Origin: Zygnema circumcarinatum SAG 698-1b
Lineage: Eukaryota > Plantae > Zygnematophyceae
Length of the DNA: 64,000 nucleotides
Direction of reading: 5' to 3'
Assembly (NCBI GenBank): GCA_037447605.1
Contig: CM074817.1
Location: 1,860,001-1,924,000, forward strand
The notes under the pieces are model-generated. The model worked only from the letters and a program-made list of their open reading frames with translations, was not told where the DNA came from and ran no database searches. Positions 54,601-64,000 of the stretch are shown here, in pieces (the stretch's first letter is position 1; each line of letters opens with the position of its first letter). The translations under genes were made by a program, and so were the position numbers.

Positions 54601-54684
54601 GCCTATTGCATCTGGAGGAAGTTCAAAATCATTTCCACCCCTCCTAGATATGGAGTTGTCGTTGTATCTGTCTATGTTTCGCAT
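48629..54684 (-). CDS. SKOR: Plant Shaker-type voltage-gated K+ channel, outward-rectifier (SKOR/GORK-like): 6 TM + pore, CNBD, ankyrin repeats, KHA; first exon tentative
   Basis: Phase-consistent exons ~54430..54219, 54097..53873, 53741..53678, 53516..53425, 53298..53042, 52786..52694, 52584..52460, 52297..52139, 51958..51797, 51424..51266, 50845..50654, 50525..50352, 50110..49914, 49723..49267, 48877..48629; a probable first exon starts at ATG 54684 (donor uncertain). Pore VTMATLGYGDIH; S6 FDMVLSAYLIGNITALIVKG; ankyrin DYDGRTALHLAA and DYDHRTPLHIAA; KHA RVTIYPYHP. Confidence 0.9.
51701..51784. repeat. 28-bp tandem repeat x3 in an intron of the K+ channel gene, next to a donor site
   Basis: CTGTTCTCTCTAGTCAAGGATTGGAGAA starting at 51701, 51729 and 51757. 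Confidence 0.92.
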
Positions 54685-55949
54685 GTTGCGGTTGCAAAGT
54701 TACCCGTCAAATAGTTCAGAGGGCCGATAATCCCTGACATAGCGAGCAACCACACGAGGAGAAAGAAGGAATAACGAAGCACATTTTCATCATCAACTCG
54801 TGCAGGAATGTCATTGTACAAATATGTCAGCAGCAGTATTTGGTGCATACTAGTCACTTGTTCGACTTGAATGCATCTGCAAGTCTAGGGAAAAAATTGT
54901 CGCTTTCGGTGGATATGCATGCTTGTATCGCCCAATAACGGCCTCCGCGTTCTGGTTTTTCAAACTCCCCATTACGAGAAAGGCAGCTCACCAGGTGATA
55001 TTTTTACTTTTCAAGCTTATGTGCTGAAATTAATAGAAATAAACTATTCTGCACAATGTACTGAACTCTGATACTTCCGTGATGGAGTAGCCACACATAT
55101 ATCCTCTAACCTTGACAAGACGCTCACATTAAGGCAAGCACCTGACTTTTGCGGCATCTCTGCTTTAACTTCCTCCACAGCTAAAGAAACTCAACAATGA
55201 CGTCTTATCGTCGTGCTCACGCATGCATTAGTGGCTCCAAGTTTTGCGTTCGGTGAAAATCTTTCGCAGTCTGCAGGACTCTTCGTTTGTGGACGAAAGC
55301 CACTAGCTGCCTAAGGGCTACGGAACGGCACACGTTGCTGATAGACGAAGACAGCGTCTAGTAGGGAACACAGTGGATCTTTAAAACAGATTTAGCTGAA
55401 TCATGTACAAGAAACTGCGATGGGGAAAGAGGAAAACACATTGTTGCGTACTTGCAGTGTCACGACGAAGGTGAAAAACTCTCCACTCTTGTGATCAATG
55501 GAGTCGAATACACCTGAAATCCCAAAATCCAGGATAGAATACGTTTCAGCAGGAGATACGTAGCCGGCGAGCAGATTACGGCACCCGAACAGGCTAGACA
55601 CTCGAACCACGCTCAGCGGAACAAACGAGTGACTCCTGAAACCTTTAAAAAACAAAAAAAAATATCCATAGTCGAGCCAACAGCATGCCAGAGCAGAGAG
55701 AAATGCAGATCAAACAGGGAGGACAACCAGAGAAGCACACGAGCAAAACCAAGGGAAGCTGAACGTAACATAAAACTGAAAGGTGACCCTCCCTCATGCT
55801 GACTGACCTCCTCATATGAAAGGCGAGCGCAGGCAGGCCCGGAAAGCCGCCATGAGCCGGGCTTCTCCCTCTGCGAAGGCCGCCATGGCTTCTCTTCCAC
55901 CGCAAACGTTGCAGGATCTGTTCCGGTGCCTCCCTCGGCTCCCTGCGAG

Positions 55950-57480
55950 CTGCCTGCAAGCATTGTACGGACGTGTACGAATTCGTACGAAGTTGTACGG
56001 CAGCTACCCTGGGCCTGTCACTTGTCAGGTTGATGACGTCGTCCAACTGCCGAGGCCGTACATATGCGTACGAAAGGTCAGAAAAGGTACATATTCAGGA
56101 CGGGGCGGGCGTACGGAGAGGGATGTGACGGGCCAATCGGAGCCATGGAAGGCGACGGACGGACGGACGGACGGACGGCCGGCCGGCCGCGCTGCGCCGC
56201 GTCGGGGCGGGGCGGGCGGCAGACTGTACGAATAGATGCGCGACAAACCGACATATCGCCGTGGGCGGCGACAAAGGTGGACCTGACGGGTGACGGGGCG
56301 AGGCGTGGACCAGTACGGCGTGACAGAGTTCAACAAAATTAGACAAACTAACTACTGTACTTTATATAAGGAGTACTCTTTTGCAGCAGAATCGGCATGT
56401 CATCAGAGTACTCGTTTCATCATCAGATTGACTGAAGTTTTTGGACGAATTTTATTTTATTTTCTAACCTGTCGTCCCTGGGCCGTGGCAGATTACGTAC
56501 CCACGCGTGGATAAATTTGACGTGCCGAACCAGCGTGATCCGGTCAGCCAATAGGATACATGCCGTACTGTCCACCACTGTGAACGCTCGAGCCACGTGG
56601 GTTTGCAAAGCGTCTAGTGCCAGACAGGGCGGCACGTGAATCGTATAGAAAGCAGTACACTGTACTGCTATATTTCTTTTAAGAGGTATATCTATGATTG
56701 CAGTGCAGTATACTGCGTTTGGATATCTTTCCTCCCGAAATCGTGGGACGACTCGATGAGACCGACGAATCTAGCCGTACATTCCAGCTGGCATTCACCG
56801 TCAGATTGCTCCACGTGATACCCATAGTCGGTGCTGACCAATCGCTTGCCGCCGCCTGTCCCTGCTGACCCCCATTCGTACATTTAATGACGTCAGCGAA
56901 TTTCTCACGCAAAGACACGCTCCCACCTTAAAGGACAAAGATGTCGGTACGGTCACAGCCACCGGGCACAGGAGCACAGCGGTATCGACAGAAACGGTCG
57001 ACAGACGGCTAGGTCGGTGGCGGTTGTAACCGGTTCAACCGACGGTACCAGGACCCTACGCTCCTAGGGGTACGCAAATGTCGGTTTCTTCGCCGAACGG
57101 CAACTGCTGCATGGAAACGCCATTACGCACTATGTCAAAACTATGGTTAAACTGTCACATGTGATGCCAACGCGGCGAGTCCCGCGTCTAGAAGCCGCCC
57201 TCCGAGCGGCCCCCGCCGTCCGCCACGTCGGACAAGCTCATGGCGCTTTGGCTCATGGCGAGGGAAAGCTTCCTGCCGACGTGGCACGTCCTCGGTACGC
57301 CACGTGGACGTCTGGTTCTTTCCGAAGCATGCCGCAACATGCGCCAGCGCCTGTCCGGCGGCTCTGGAGGCTCCTGGAACACCCGCGGCCCCCTCCCCGA
57401 ACTGCATAAAGGGTGGCTCGGTCCCAGCGTCTGAATCAGCTGGCGGAGTTCTGCACAGTTTTGCTTGCAAGGCGATATAT
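55950..57480. promoter_or_regulatory. CpG/GTAC-rich divergent promoter region between the K+ channel (-) and sHSP (+), with G-box/ABRE-like and DRE-like cores
   Basis: CACGTG/ACGTGG near 56590, 56635, 57282 and 57300; (A/G)CCGAC near 56249, 56761, 57039 and 57277. Function is inferred only. Confidence 0.4.
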
Positions 57481-57508
57481 ATATACTGACAATACTCTCT
57501 GCAGGAAA

Positions 57509-58006
57509 ATGGCTCTCACTCCCTTCAGTTCCATGTTCAATGACCCGTTCTTCGGCGGCGGCCCTCTCTCTGTCTCGCGCAGAACGTTCCCGGACGAGTT
57601 CAGCACTCTCTTCGACTATGGTCCTCTGCGGAGCTATTTCCGCGACACGCAGGCTCTGGCGAACACTGCTGTGGATGTGAGGGAGACGCCGACAGAGTAC
57701 CAGTTTGTGGCGGACCTTCCCGGCCTGAAGCGCGATGAAGTGAAGGTGCAGATTGAGGATGGGAACGTTCTGTCCTTGAGCGGAGAGCGCACTCGGGAGT
57801 CTCGGGAGGACACGGACACTTATCATCGAGTTGAGCGCAGCACCGGGAAGTTTATGCGCCGTTTCCGCCTGCCAGATAATGTTGATGTTGATAAAGTCAG
57901 CGCTACGGCAGAGCACGGCGTGCTGACTGTGAGCGTTCCGAAGGTGCAGCGTCAGGAGCAGCAGAGGCCTGCTGTGAAGGATGTGGAGGTGAACGAGAAG
58001 AAGTGA
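57509..58006 (+). CDS. HSP20: Small heat shock protein (HSP20/alpha-crystallin domain), cytosolic class I/II-like, 165 aa, intronless CDS
   Basis: ATG 57509. Motifs VDVRETPTEYQFVADLPGLKRDEVKVQIEDGNVLSLSGER, HRVERSTGKFMRRFRLPDN, HGVLTVSVPK. Confidence 0.96.
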   Translation: MALTPFSSMFNDPFFGGGPLSVSRRTFPDEFSTLFDYGPLRSYFRDTQALANTAVDVRETPTEYQFVADLPGLKRDEVKVQIEDGNVLSLSGERTRESREDTDTYHRVERSTGKFMRRFRLPDNVDVDKVSATAEHGVLTVSVPKVQRQEQQRPAVKDVEVNEKK

Positions 58007-59007
58007 AGAGGCTGGAGGCGCACTGTGGAGCTTTTTTGGAAACGTTAGACCAAAGTTTTTGCCAGTTCTTTGAGAGTAGTCATATCAGTGGCTAGTGTCA
58101 GTTCGGATGTTGTCCCGGTGAAAAACTCGATAAGAGTGGCTTTTTGTTTTCTTTCTTGTAGTTAGGAATTGCCGCGGATGTGTAGGTAGTGCAGTGGAAT
58201 TGCAATTGTTCACTCCCGTAGATGTACATAAGGCAGGATGGTCGGACGGCTCTGCTGCTCATGATGCTTTTTCTTGTACAGCTGCTTTAGGAGTTCAATG
58301 GCGCCCTCTTTCCTTGAGGTGACTTGGCCTCTTCAACGACTTCCTTGTTTTCGATGCATGCGTTTTGGAGCAGTATGTACTCATGTCTTTCTATTGGATT
58401 AATATGTTTTGTGAAGGTCACTTAAGGCGGGGGTTTGAATAGTTCGGGGAAACTGTTCAATGTGAGTGTCAAGTGTCTTTTCTGTCAGTTAGTTTTTTAC
58501 ATACTTGATAAAACGTGCTTCTTATTTTTTCCATGGTACGCATTGGTTTACACTAATTGCATGGCAGCCTGAGTTGCAGTTCAATGCTGAGTTCCTTCCT
58601 TCCGCATAGCTGTTTGTCGACTACATGATATGATGGGAGGATGATCCGATTCTGAGAATAGTGCAAGTGCTGTAGCAGAGTGGAAATTAGTCTACATAAA
58701 TTGTGGTCTTGTTTGACTATCGTGCCCTTCTCCTTGTGACGTATGCATGATGCCTTCATTTGTGCATGCGCACCTTCGAACTCGTCGTCCGTACGAGCCG
58801 TGGATGATGACATGGATGGATGGATGGATGGATGGATAGCTTCCTCATGGTGCCGTACATTTTTGTGGCAACCCGTACAGAAACGGACAACGATACGTAC
58901 AAACGTACAACGTGCTGAGCGGTCAGTAGGGATGGATATTGTACTAGAACGCAGTGTCGCGTTTTAAAATTCCAATGCAAACATCTAAAAGGTAGGCAGT
59001 TTTATGA

Positions 59008-59575
59008 AGGAGAATGCTACTGCACCCCCTTATTTTGGTTATTCCACCCCCTTTTCTGAAAGAATTGCCTGCCCATTTCGGTTATCGCACCCCCTGCTTT
59101 GGATATTTCACCTTTGGATATCCTACACCCTTGTTTTTTCCTTTTCACTATTGATTTCCAACATTGTGCAACAAAAGAAAAGGAGAGTTGCATTGAGCTC
59201 AAGATGGTGAGGCCATCAAATGAACATGGACGAAGTCAACATGGGGAACCACAAGAAATTGGCCGCAAAGGACTTGAGCACAAAATAAAAAAGCTAGGAG
59301 CAAAAAACTACCAAAAAAAAAAAACTAAACTAAACTAAGCAGCCGCAAAGGTCACCAATGTGGGGCAACCGTTACTTTTTGTTTTTAAGTAAAGTTAAGG
59401 CAAGTTCTTAAGTTGTGGCTTGGTTGCTTGTAATTGGAACATTTGTTCCTTTGCTTGTCCCGATTGATTGGGGTAGGATATCCAAAATAGGGGGGGGCGT
59501 AACCAAAATGGGCAAACAAAATGTTCAAAAAGCGGGGTGGAATAACCAAAATAGGGGGTGCAGTAGCATTCTCCT
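59008..59575. mobile_element. Non-autonomous TIR element (MITE-like), about 570 bp with ~90-bp imperfect TIRs
   Basis: AGGAGAATGCTACTGCACCCCCTTATTTTGGTTATTCCACCCC... mirrors ...GGGGTGGAATAACCAAAATAGGGGGTGCAGTAGCATTCTCCT; the TSD is unclear (TGA vs TAA). Confidence 0.8.
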
Positions 59576-59771
59576 TAATGAAACACTTGGAATTGTGGTA
59601 CAATAGTACGGCCATCCGGTCGCATGGCAGCCTCTCTGACGGCCCAGCGCCATTCGCAAAGCCAAAACCTAACCTAAATTTCAGAACGTGTGTCCGTACA
59701 TGTTTTTCAATTTGAACAATGGTACGGCCGTTCTAGAAATGTTTCAAAACTCCGAGACCGTTTGGATATTA

Positions 59772-59969
59772 GGGGGAGTCGGACCTTGACCATCGCCAAA
59801 TCAATTTCGTAAGCCTGTCGGGCGGATTAAGGATTGGCAAGGTACGCATTTCGGTACGACTGTGCCCGTTTAGCCGCGGATCCCGACCCCGAATTCGTAC
59901 ACGACACCTTGACTTTTGGTATAAGGAATTCGGGAATTTAGTACGCGGAGGTCAAGGTCTGACTCCCCC
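59772..59969. mobile_element. MITE, 198 bp, TA-flanked, same TIR family as the 13518 element
   Basis: TA|GGGGGAGTCGGACCTTGACC ... GGTCAAGGTCTGACTCCCCC|TA. Confidence 0.83.
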
Positions 59970-59999
59970 TATTAGAACGTTCTAATACTGAAACCTAAA

Positions 60000-60943
60000 G
60001 GGTAGTGATATTTCCACCCCTTTTTTGGATCCAAACACCCCTTCCCGGCCGGGCAGATTTCAAAAAGGATTAAAAACGGAAAATGCTTTTTTCACACCTT
60101 TTTGGAATCGATACCCACCCTCCATCGGCAGATTTTATTTTTGCGAAACAAGGAAATAACCCGTCACCCCATTTTGAATATCCCGCCTACCTGAATTTTT
60201 TTCACGCTTGCGGTCAATCGCAGCCGTCGATTCCCTCGCAGATCGCAACACGGCAGATCAGTATTTGATCTGCAGCCGGGCTCGGTCACAGCGAATGGCA
60301 CGTGCCCACGTATCCCGCCAAACTCGTCTCAAAGGTTTGTCCGTACAAATTTCGTACGGTCGAAACTTTTGAGGAACCCAATAATTCGTACATTGAGAGC
60401 TTGGACCAATCAAAGTTTTCCACGTCATAAATTTAACACGTGGCAGATGTTGATTGGCTGAGAGCTGACAATGCACGAGATCTCGGGCCGGGGGACGCGC
60501 GCACTCGCACTTGCGATCCGGCTTTGGCGGGACTCGTGGGCGCTTTCCATTCGCTAAGATCGAGCCCGGCTGCAGATCGAACGGTGATCTGCAGTGGTGC
60601 GATCTGCGAGGGAAATCGACAGATGCGATTGACACGCACGTGTGAAGGACGGACACCCGCGAACGATCTCGTGGCGGACGGATCTTCCGCTCCGAGCGGA
60701 TTCGGGCAGGCAGATATTTCTTTCCCTCAAAAAAAAAATTCAGGGAGGCGGGATACAGTATTCAAAATGCGGTGACAGGGTATCATTTTCCTTGGTTAGC
60801 AAAAATAAAATCAGCCGACGAAAGGTGGGTATCGATTCCAAAAAGGTGTGAAAAAAGCATTTTCCGTTTTTAATCCCTTTTGAAATCTGCCCGGCCGGGA
60901 AGGGGTGTTTGGATCCAAAAAAGGGGTGGAAATATCACTACCC
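60000..60943. mobile_element. Foldback/Mutator-like non-autonomous element, 944 bp, with very long TIRs and an 8-bp TSD
   Basis: TSD AACCTAAA at 59992-59999 and 60944-60951. The outer ~145 bp are near-perfect inverted repeats starting GGGTAGTGATATTTCC; inverted similarity continues inward to about 60284/60561. Confidence 0.9.
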
Positions 60944-62257
60944 AACCTAAAACTCTGAAAGTCCCTTGTACGGACTTTTTGCCATCCCTAACCCAGCTGG
61001 CTCTGACCGCCCACTCGTTTATCGTACGGTCAACTTTCCAGCGCTTTCGATTAGATTTGAACTTCAGAAAAATCCCGGCCGTTGGCTGAAACCGCGATCC
61101 CGGCCGCGGCCAATCGCAACCGTCGCTTCCCCGCGCCACATCCAGACTCTTCTTGACCAATTTGGACCAATTTTCACTTCCCAATCCGAAAACACAGGGG
61201 AAGTCGATTTCGATCCTGCAATCATTGCATGCGGCGTGCGGGCGCCGCCGCGGCCGTCCCGTCATTAATGGCCACTTCAAACCGTATCCTTCCCGGAGGC
61301 GGTCAATGAGCCACGTGGCCAGCACAGCCGGCAAGCGTGCCACGTGTTACGATGACGACATCCATAAGCACGTGGAGGCTGCACGGAATTCGAAGTTGCC
61401 TGGTGGGGCCCACCGTTGACGTGCGGCCCCCCCCGGCCGCGTTGACTAACGCCTGCGTTCACACACGTCCGCCGCGTCAACTACAAAAAATCTTTTTTTT
61501 TCGCTGTGAGCCTTTCCTCTATCGTCGTCCAACTGCTATTCACCACGTGTGCATCTTTGCAAACGTGGCGTTCTCTCATTCGTTGATTTCGGCTGAAAGA
61601 GGTGCGCGAGTCCCCCGGCGGCTCCCCCTTCATTTACGACCCGGGGGCCCTCGGCCAATCAGCGCCCTTCGCCTCTCTGTAGAAGTCGTCCCGCCCCGCC
61701 CCGAACCCTCCGTCCGTACGGACCACGACACGCGGCACGCGCCTTTGCGACAGCGGCGGCGTCGCATGGGCCAAACTGCGTCGCACAAAGTGGTCGTCCA
61801 GCCAATAAGAGTCCGTGCGACGCCATACGATTCAGAACGACGCCGTGCGATATCGCCCGCGCCGACCTGGCGGCGCCACCTACCGGCGCGGCGCGATTTG
61901 GGACGAGCGGCCGAGGGCGGCGGCGGGCGCGGGCTCGCACGTGCGGCCGCGTCGGGGATGCGCGCTCCGTGGGCCACGTCAGTCGCACGTGGGAACCGGG
62001 CCAATGGCGGCGCGCGAGCGGGCGCAGGCGGCGGGAGGGAGGGTCCATCCGGGGGCGGGTGGGGACTGCCGGCGGGAGGACGAGAGAGAGTGGGAGAGGG
62101 ATAGAGGGAGAGGGAGAGGGAGAAGGGAGAGGGAGAGAGGGGCACGTGAGGTACAATACAGTACAGGAGAGTAGCTACGTTTAGGGTCCGAGCAGGAGGA
62201 AGGGAGCTTCGTTGGACGAAGGGGGGGCCGAGGGGAGGATCAAATTTGGGTTGCAGG

Positions 62258-63982
62258 ATGGGGGCGGAAGAGCAGGCGGTGTACATGATTCCCGGGGGAG
62301 TGCGCGTGGAGTTGGCGTCGGATTACTGCGTGGGAGTGGAGTTAGGGGCGGGAGGATACGGCGTGGTGAGGGCGTGCAGGGAGAGGAGAACGGGGGAGGT
62401 GGTGGCCTGCAAGACGATTTGGAAACATAGAATTCGCGCGGAGGGTGAGCAGGCAGCCGTTCTTCGGGAGATAGCCACGATGCGACACGTGGCAGGCCAT
62501 GGCGGGGTGGTGGAGCTGAAGGGCGTGTATGAGGACAGCGAGGCGGTGCATATTCTGATGGAGGTGGCAGACGGTGGGGACCTTCTAGAATGGCTGAACA
62601 ATAATAACAGCCCTATGCATGAAGACGTAGCAAGGGAAGTGTTTCGGCAAGTGGTGGAGGCGGTAGCTTACTGTCACAGGAATGGAGTTCTGCACAGAGA
62701 TTTGAAACCGGAGAATATTTTGCTGTTTTCTGGAGCTGCAACGGGAAAGGAAAAGGCGTCATCGTCTTCAGAAAACAGCTGTGAAGAGGAGAAATGTTTT
62801 CCTTTTTCTAAGCACCGCGTGGAGGAGGTACTGGAGCAATCTGCGGGAGGGAGGGAACCGAACGGAGGTGCAGGAGTTAAGAATAGAATGAGAGTGAAGC
62901 TCGCGGATTTTGGGCTTGCAGTGATGTCAAATGGAGAGAGAGGAGAGCTCGTTGCGGAAGGGAGGGCGGGGTCACCTTCATATCTAGCGCCGGAAGTTGC
63001 AGAGGGGCGCAAATACGGAGCGAAAGCAGATATTTGGAGCTTGGGGGTGTTATTACATATATTAATTTCTCGGCAGCATCCGTTTCATAGCCGTGAAGAC
63101 GAAGGAGAGACTTCGAAGCTTGTGTACAGCGAAGTGTTGGATCTCTCTATGGGTATTTGGTCGCGTTGCTCGTCGGAGTTGAAGGAGTTGGTGCAGTGGA
63201 TGCTCACTATTGAAAGTGAGAATAGGCCTTCTGCAGACGAGGTTTTGAAGCATACATGGCTGAGGGAGAAGTCTGGGCGAAGCTCCTCGGTTTCATCGCT
63301 TTCTGTTGGCAGATTCGATTTACCAAACAGTCGTATGGGTGAGGAGTTAAGTTTCTCTGCTTGGTGTCCGGTTCAAACAGAACATTCACTGGGTGAGGGC
63401 GCTTGTCTACGTCTGATATCTCAGCAAGGCGACAGTGATAAGGAGAACCGTTCGAATAATCTGCAGAAAAATAAGGAGGAGGGTGAATCCGTTGCAGCTC
63501 CAGGATGCTCCATGAATGAGAGAGTTTGTGGCGATGGGAGAGTGAAGAATTGCATTGATTCATGCAGTCCTGCGGCTCCTTTGGTAGTGGAGGCTGTCGA
63601 ATGTAATGATTGTCCGCCTGTAAGGGGAAGTCAGGAGGCTGGAGATGCTGAAGAGAAGAATGAGGAAGTATGTGCCCAATTGCTGGAAAGCTGTCAGTCA
63701 GCAGAAGAGTTACGAATGAGTGGTTGGAAGAGAGGAGAGGCAGGATCGGCGAAGGGTTATGAAGGCCTATCAAGACTGGAGTTGGTGGAAATGGTCAATT
63801 CTTGTTGCAGCAATCCTCTATCAAATCGTCAAAGAGTGGTGGATGAAGGCTGCGAAGTGTCCCTTGATAATTATGCGGCAAATTCGACTGCTTGTATTGA
63901 CCGCTGTCCACCTCTGAAGAGACGGAGGATTGTTACTCTGCAAGCAGGCGCAGGAGCGTTTGAAGTTGATGTTTGTGGGTAG
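62258..63982 (+). CDS. CDPK-superfamily Ser/Thr kinase lacking EF-hands (PEPKR-like), intronless, 574 aa
   Basis: First ATG at 62258 (the ORF-track start 62246 is TTG). Motifs ELGAGGYG, VACKT, VYEDSEAVHILME, HRDLKPEN, KLADFGLA, GSPSYLAPE, ADIWSLG, RPSADEVLKHTW; long Ser/Glu/Cys-rich tail without EF-hands. Confidence 0.92.
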   Translation: MGAEEQAVYMIPGGVRVELASDYCVGVELGAGGYGVVRACRERRTGEVVACKTIWKHRIRAEGEQAAVLREIATMRHVAGHGGVVELKGVYEDSEAVHILMEVADGGDLLEWLNNNNSPMHEDVAREVFRQVVEAVAYCHRNGVLHRDLKPENILLFSGAATGKEKASSSSENSCEEEKCFPFSKHRVEEVLEQSAGGREPNGGAGVKNRMRVKLADFGLAVMSNGERGELVAEGRAGSPSYLAPEVAEGRKYGAKADIWSLGVLLHILISRQHPFHSREDEGETSKLVYSEVLDLSMGIWSRCSSELKELVQWMLTIESENRPSADEVLKHTWLREKSGRSSSVSSLSVGRFDLPNSRMGEELSFSAWCPVQTEHSLGEGACLRLISQQGDSDKENRSNNLQKNKEEGESVAAPGCSMNERVCGDGRVKNCIDSCSPAAPLVVEAVECNDCPPVRGSQEAGDAEEKNEEVCAQLLESCQSAEELRMSGWKRGEAGSAKGYEGLSRLELVEMVNSCCSNPLSNRQRVVDEGCEVSLDNYAANSTACIDRCPPLKRRRIVTLQAGAGAFEVDVCG

Positions 63983-64000
63983 TTGAGTTATCATTTCCTG

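Noticed and set aside
55401-56346. ORFs of 80-140 aa upstream of the K+ channel
   Set aside because: No homology cues; the region is more plausibly 5'-UTR and promoter.
57188-57916. 242-aa antisense ORF over the sHSP; similar GC-rich ORFs at 61337-62286
   Set aside because: Shadow ORFs caused by GC-rich codon usage or promoter composition.

Overview
Eukaryotic, intron-rich nuclear DNA from a non-seed streptophyte, most likely a charophyte alga such as a zygnematophyte. This is inferred from land-plant-type gene families with strong divergence, frequent GTGCGT/GTACGT-type donors and long (CT)n tracts; the species cannot be fixed from sequence. I rebuilt spliced, phase-consistent models for 11 protein genes: a USP-domain RLCK-VI receptor-like cytoplasmic kinase (+); two EF-hand-less CDPK-related (PEPKR/PPCK-like) kinases near the window ends; CWC22; a TRF4/PAPD5-like nucleotidyltransferase with two apparent GC-AG introns; a 55-aa two-exon microprotein missed by the ORF track; WDR7-like; a kinase-PP2C fusion; Di19 with a minor-spliceosome AT-AC (U12) intron; an outward-rectifier-type (SKOR/GORK-like) Shaker K+ channel; and a small HSP. 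Intergenic regions are CpG/GTAC/G-box-rich islands packed with non-autonomous TIR elements (TA-flanked MITEs, a 944-bp foldback element with an 8-bp TSD), a CRE-like LINE relic, tandem and palindromic arrays, and a near-perfect 69-bp-stem hairpin beside a TTAGGG-like tract. No tRNA, rRNA or CRISPR array was found. The best leads are the U12 intron, the algal SKOR-like channel, the microprotein, the palindromic and foldback arrays, and a possible stress-signalling gene neighbourhood.
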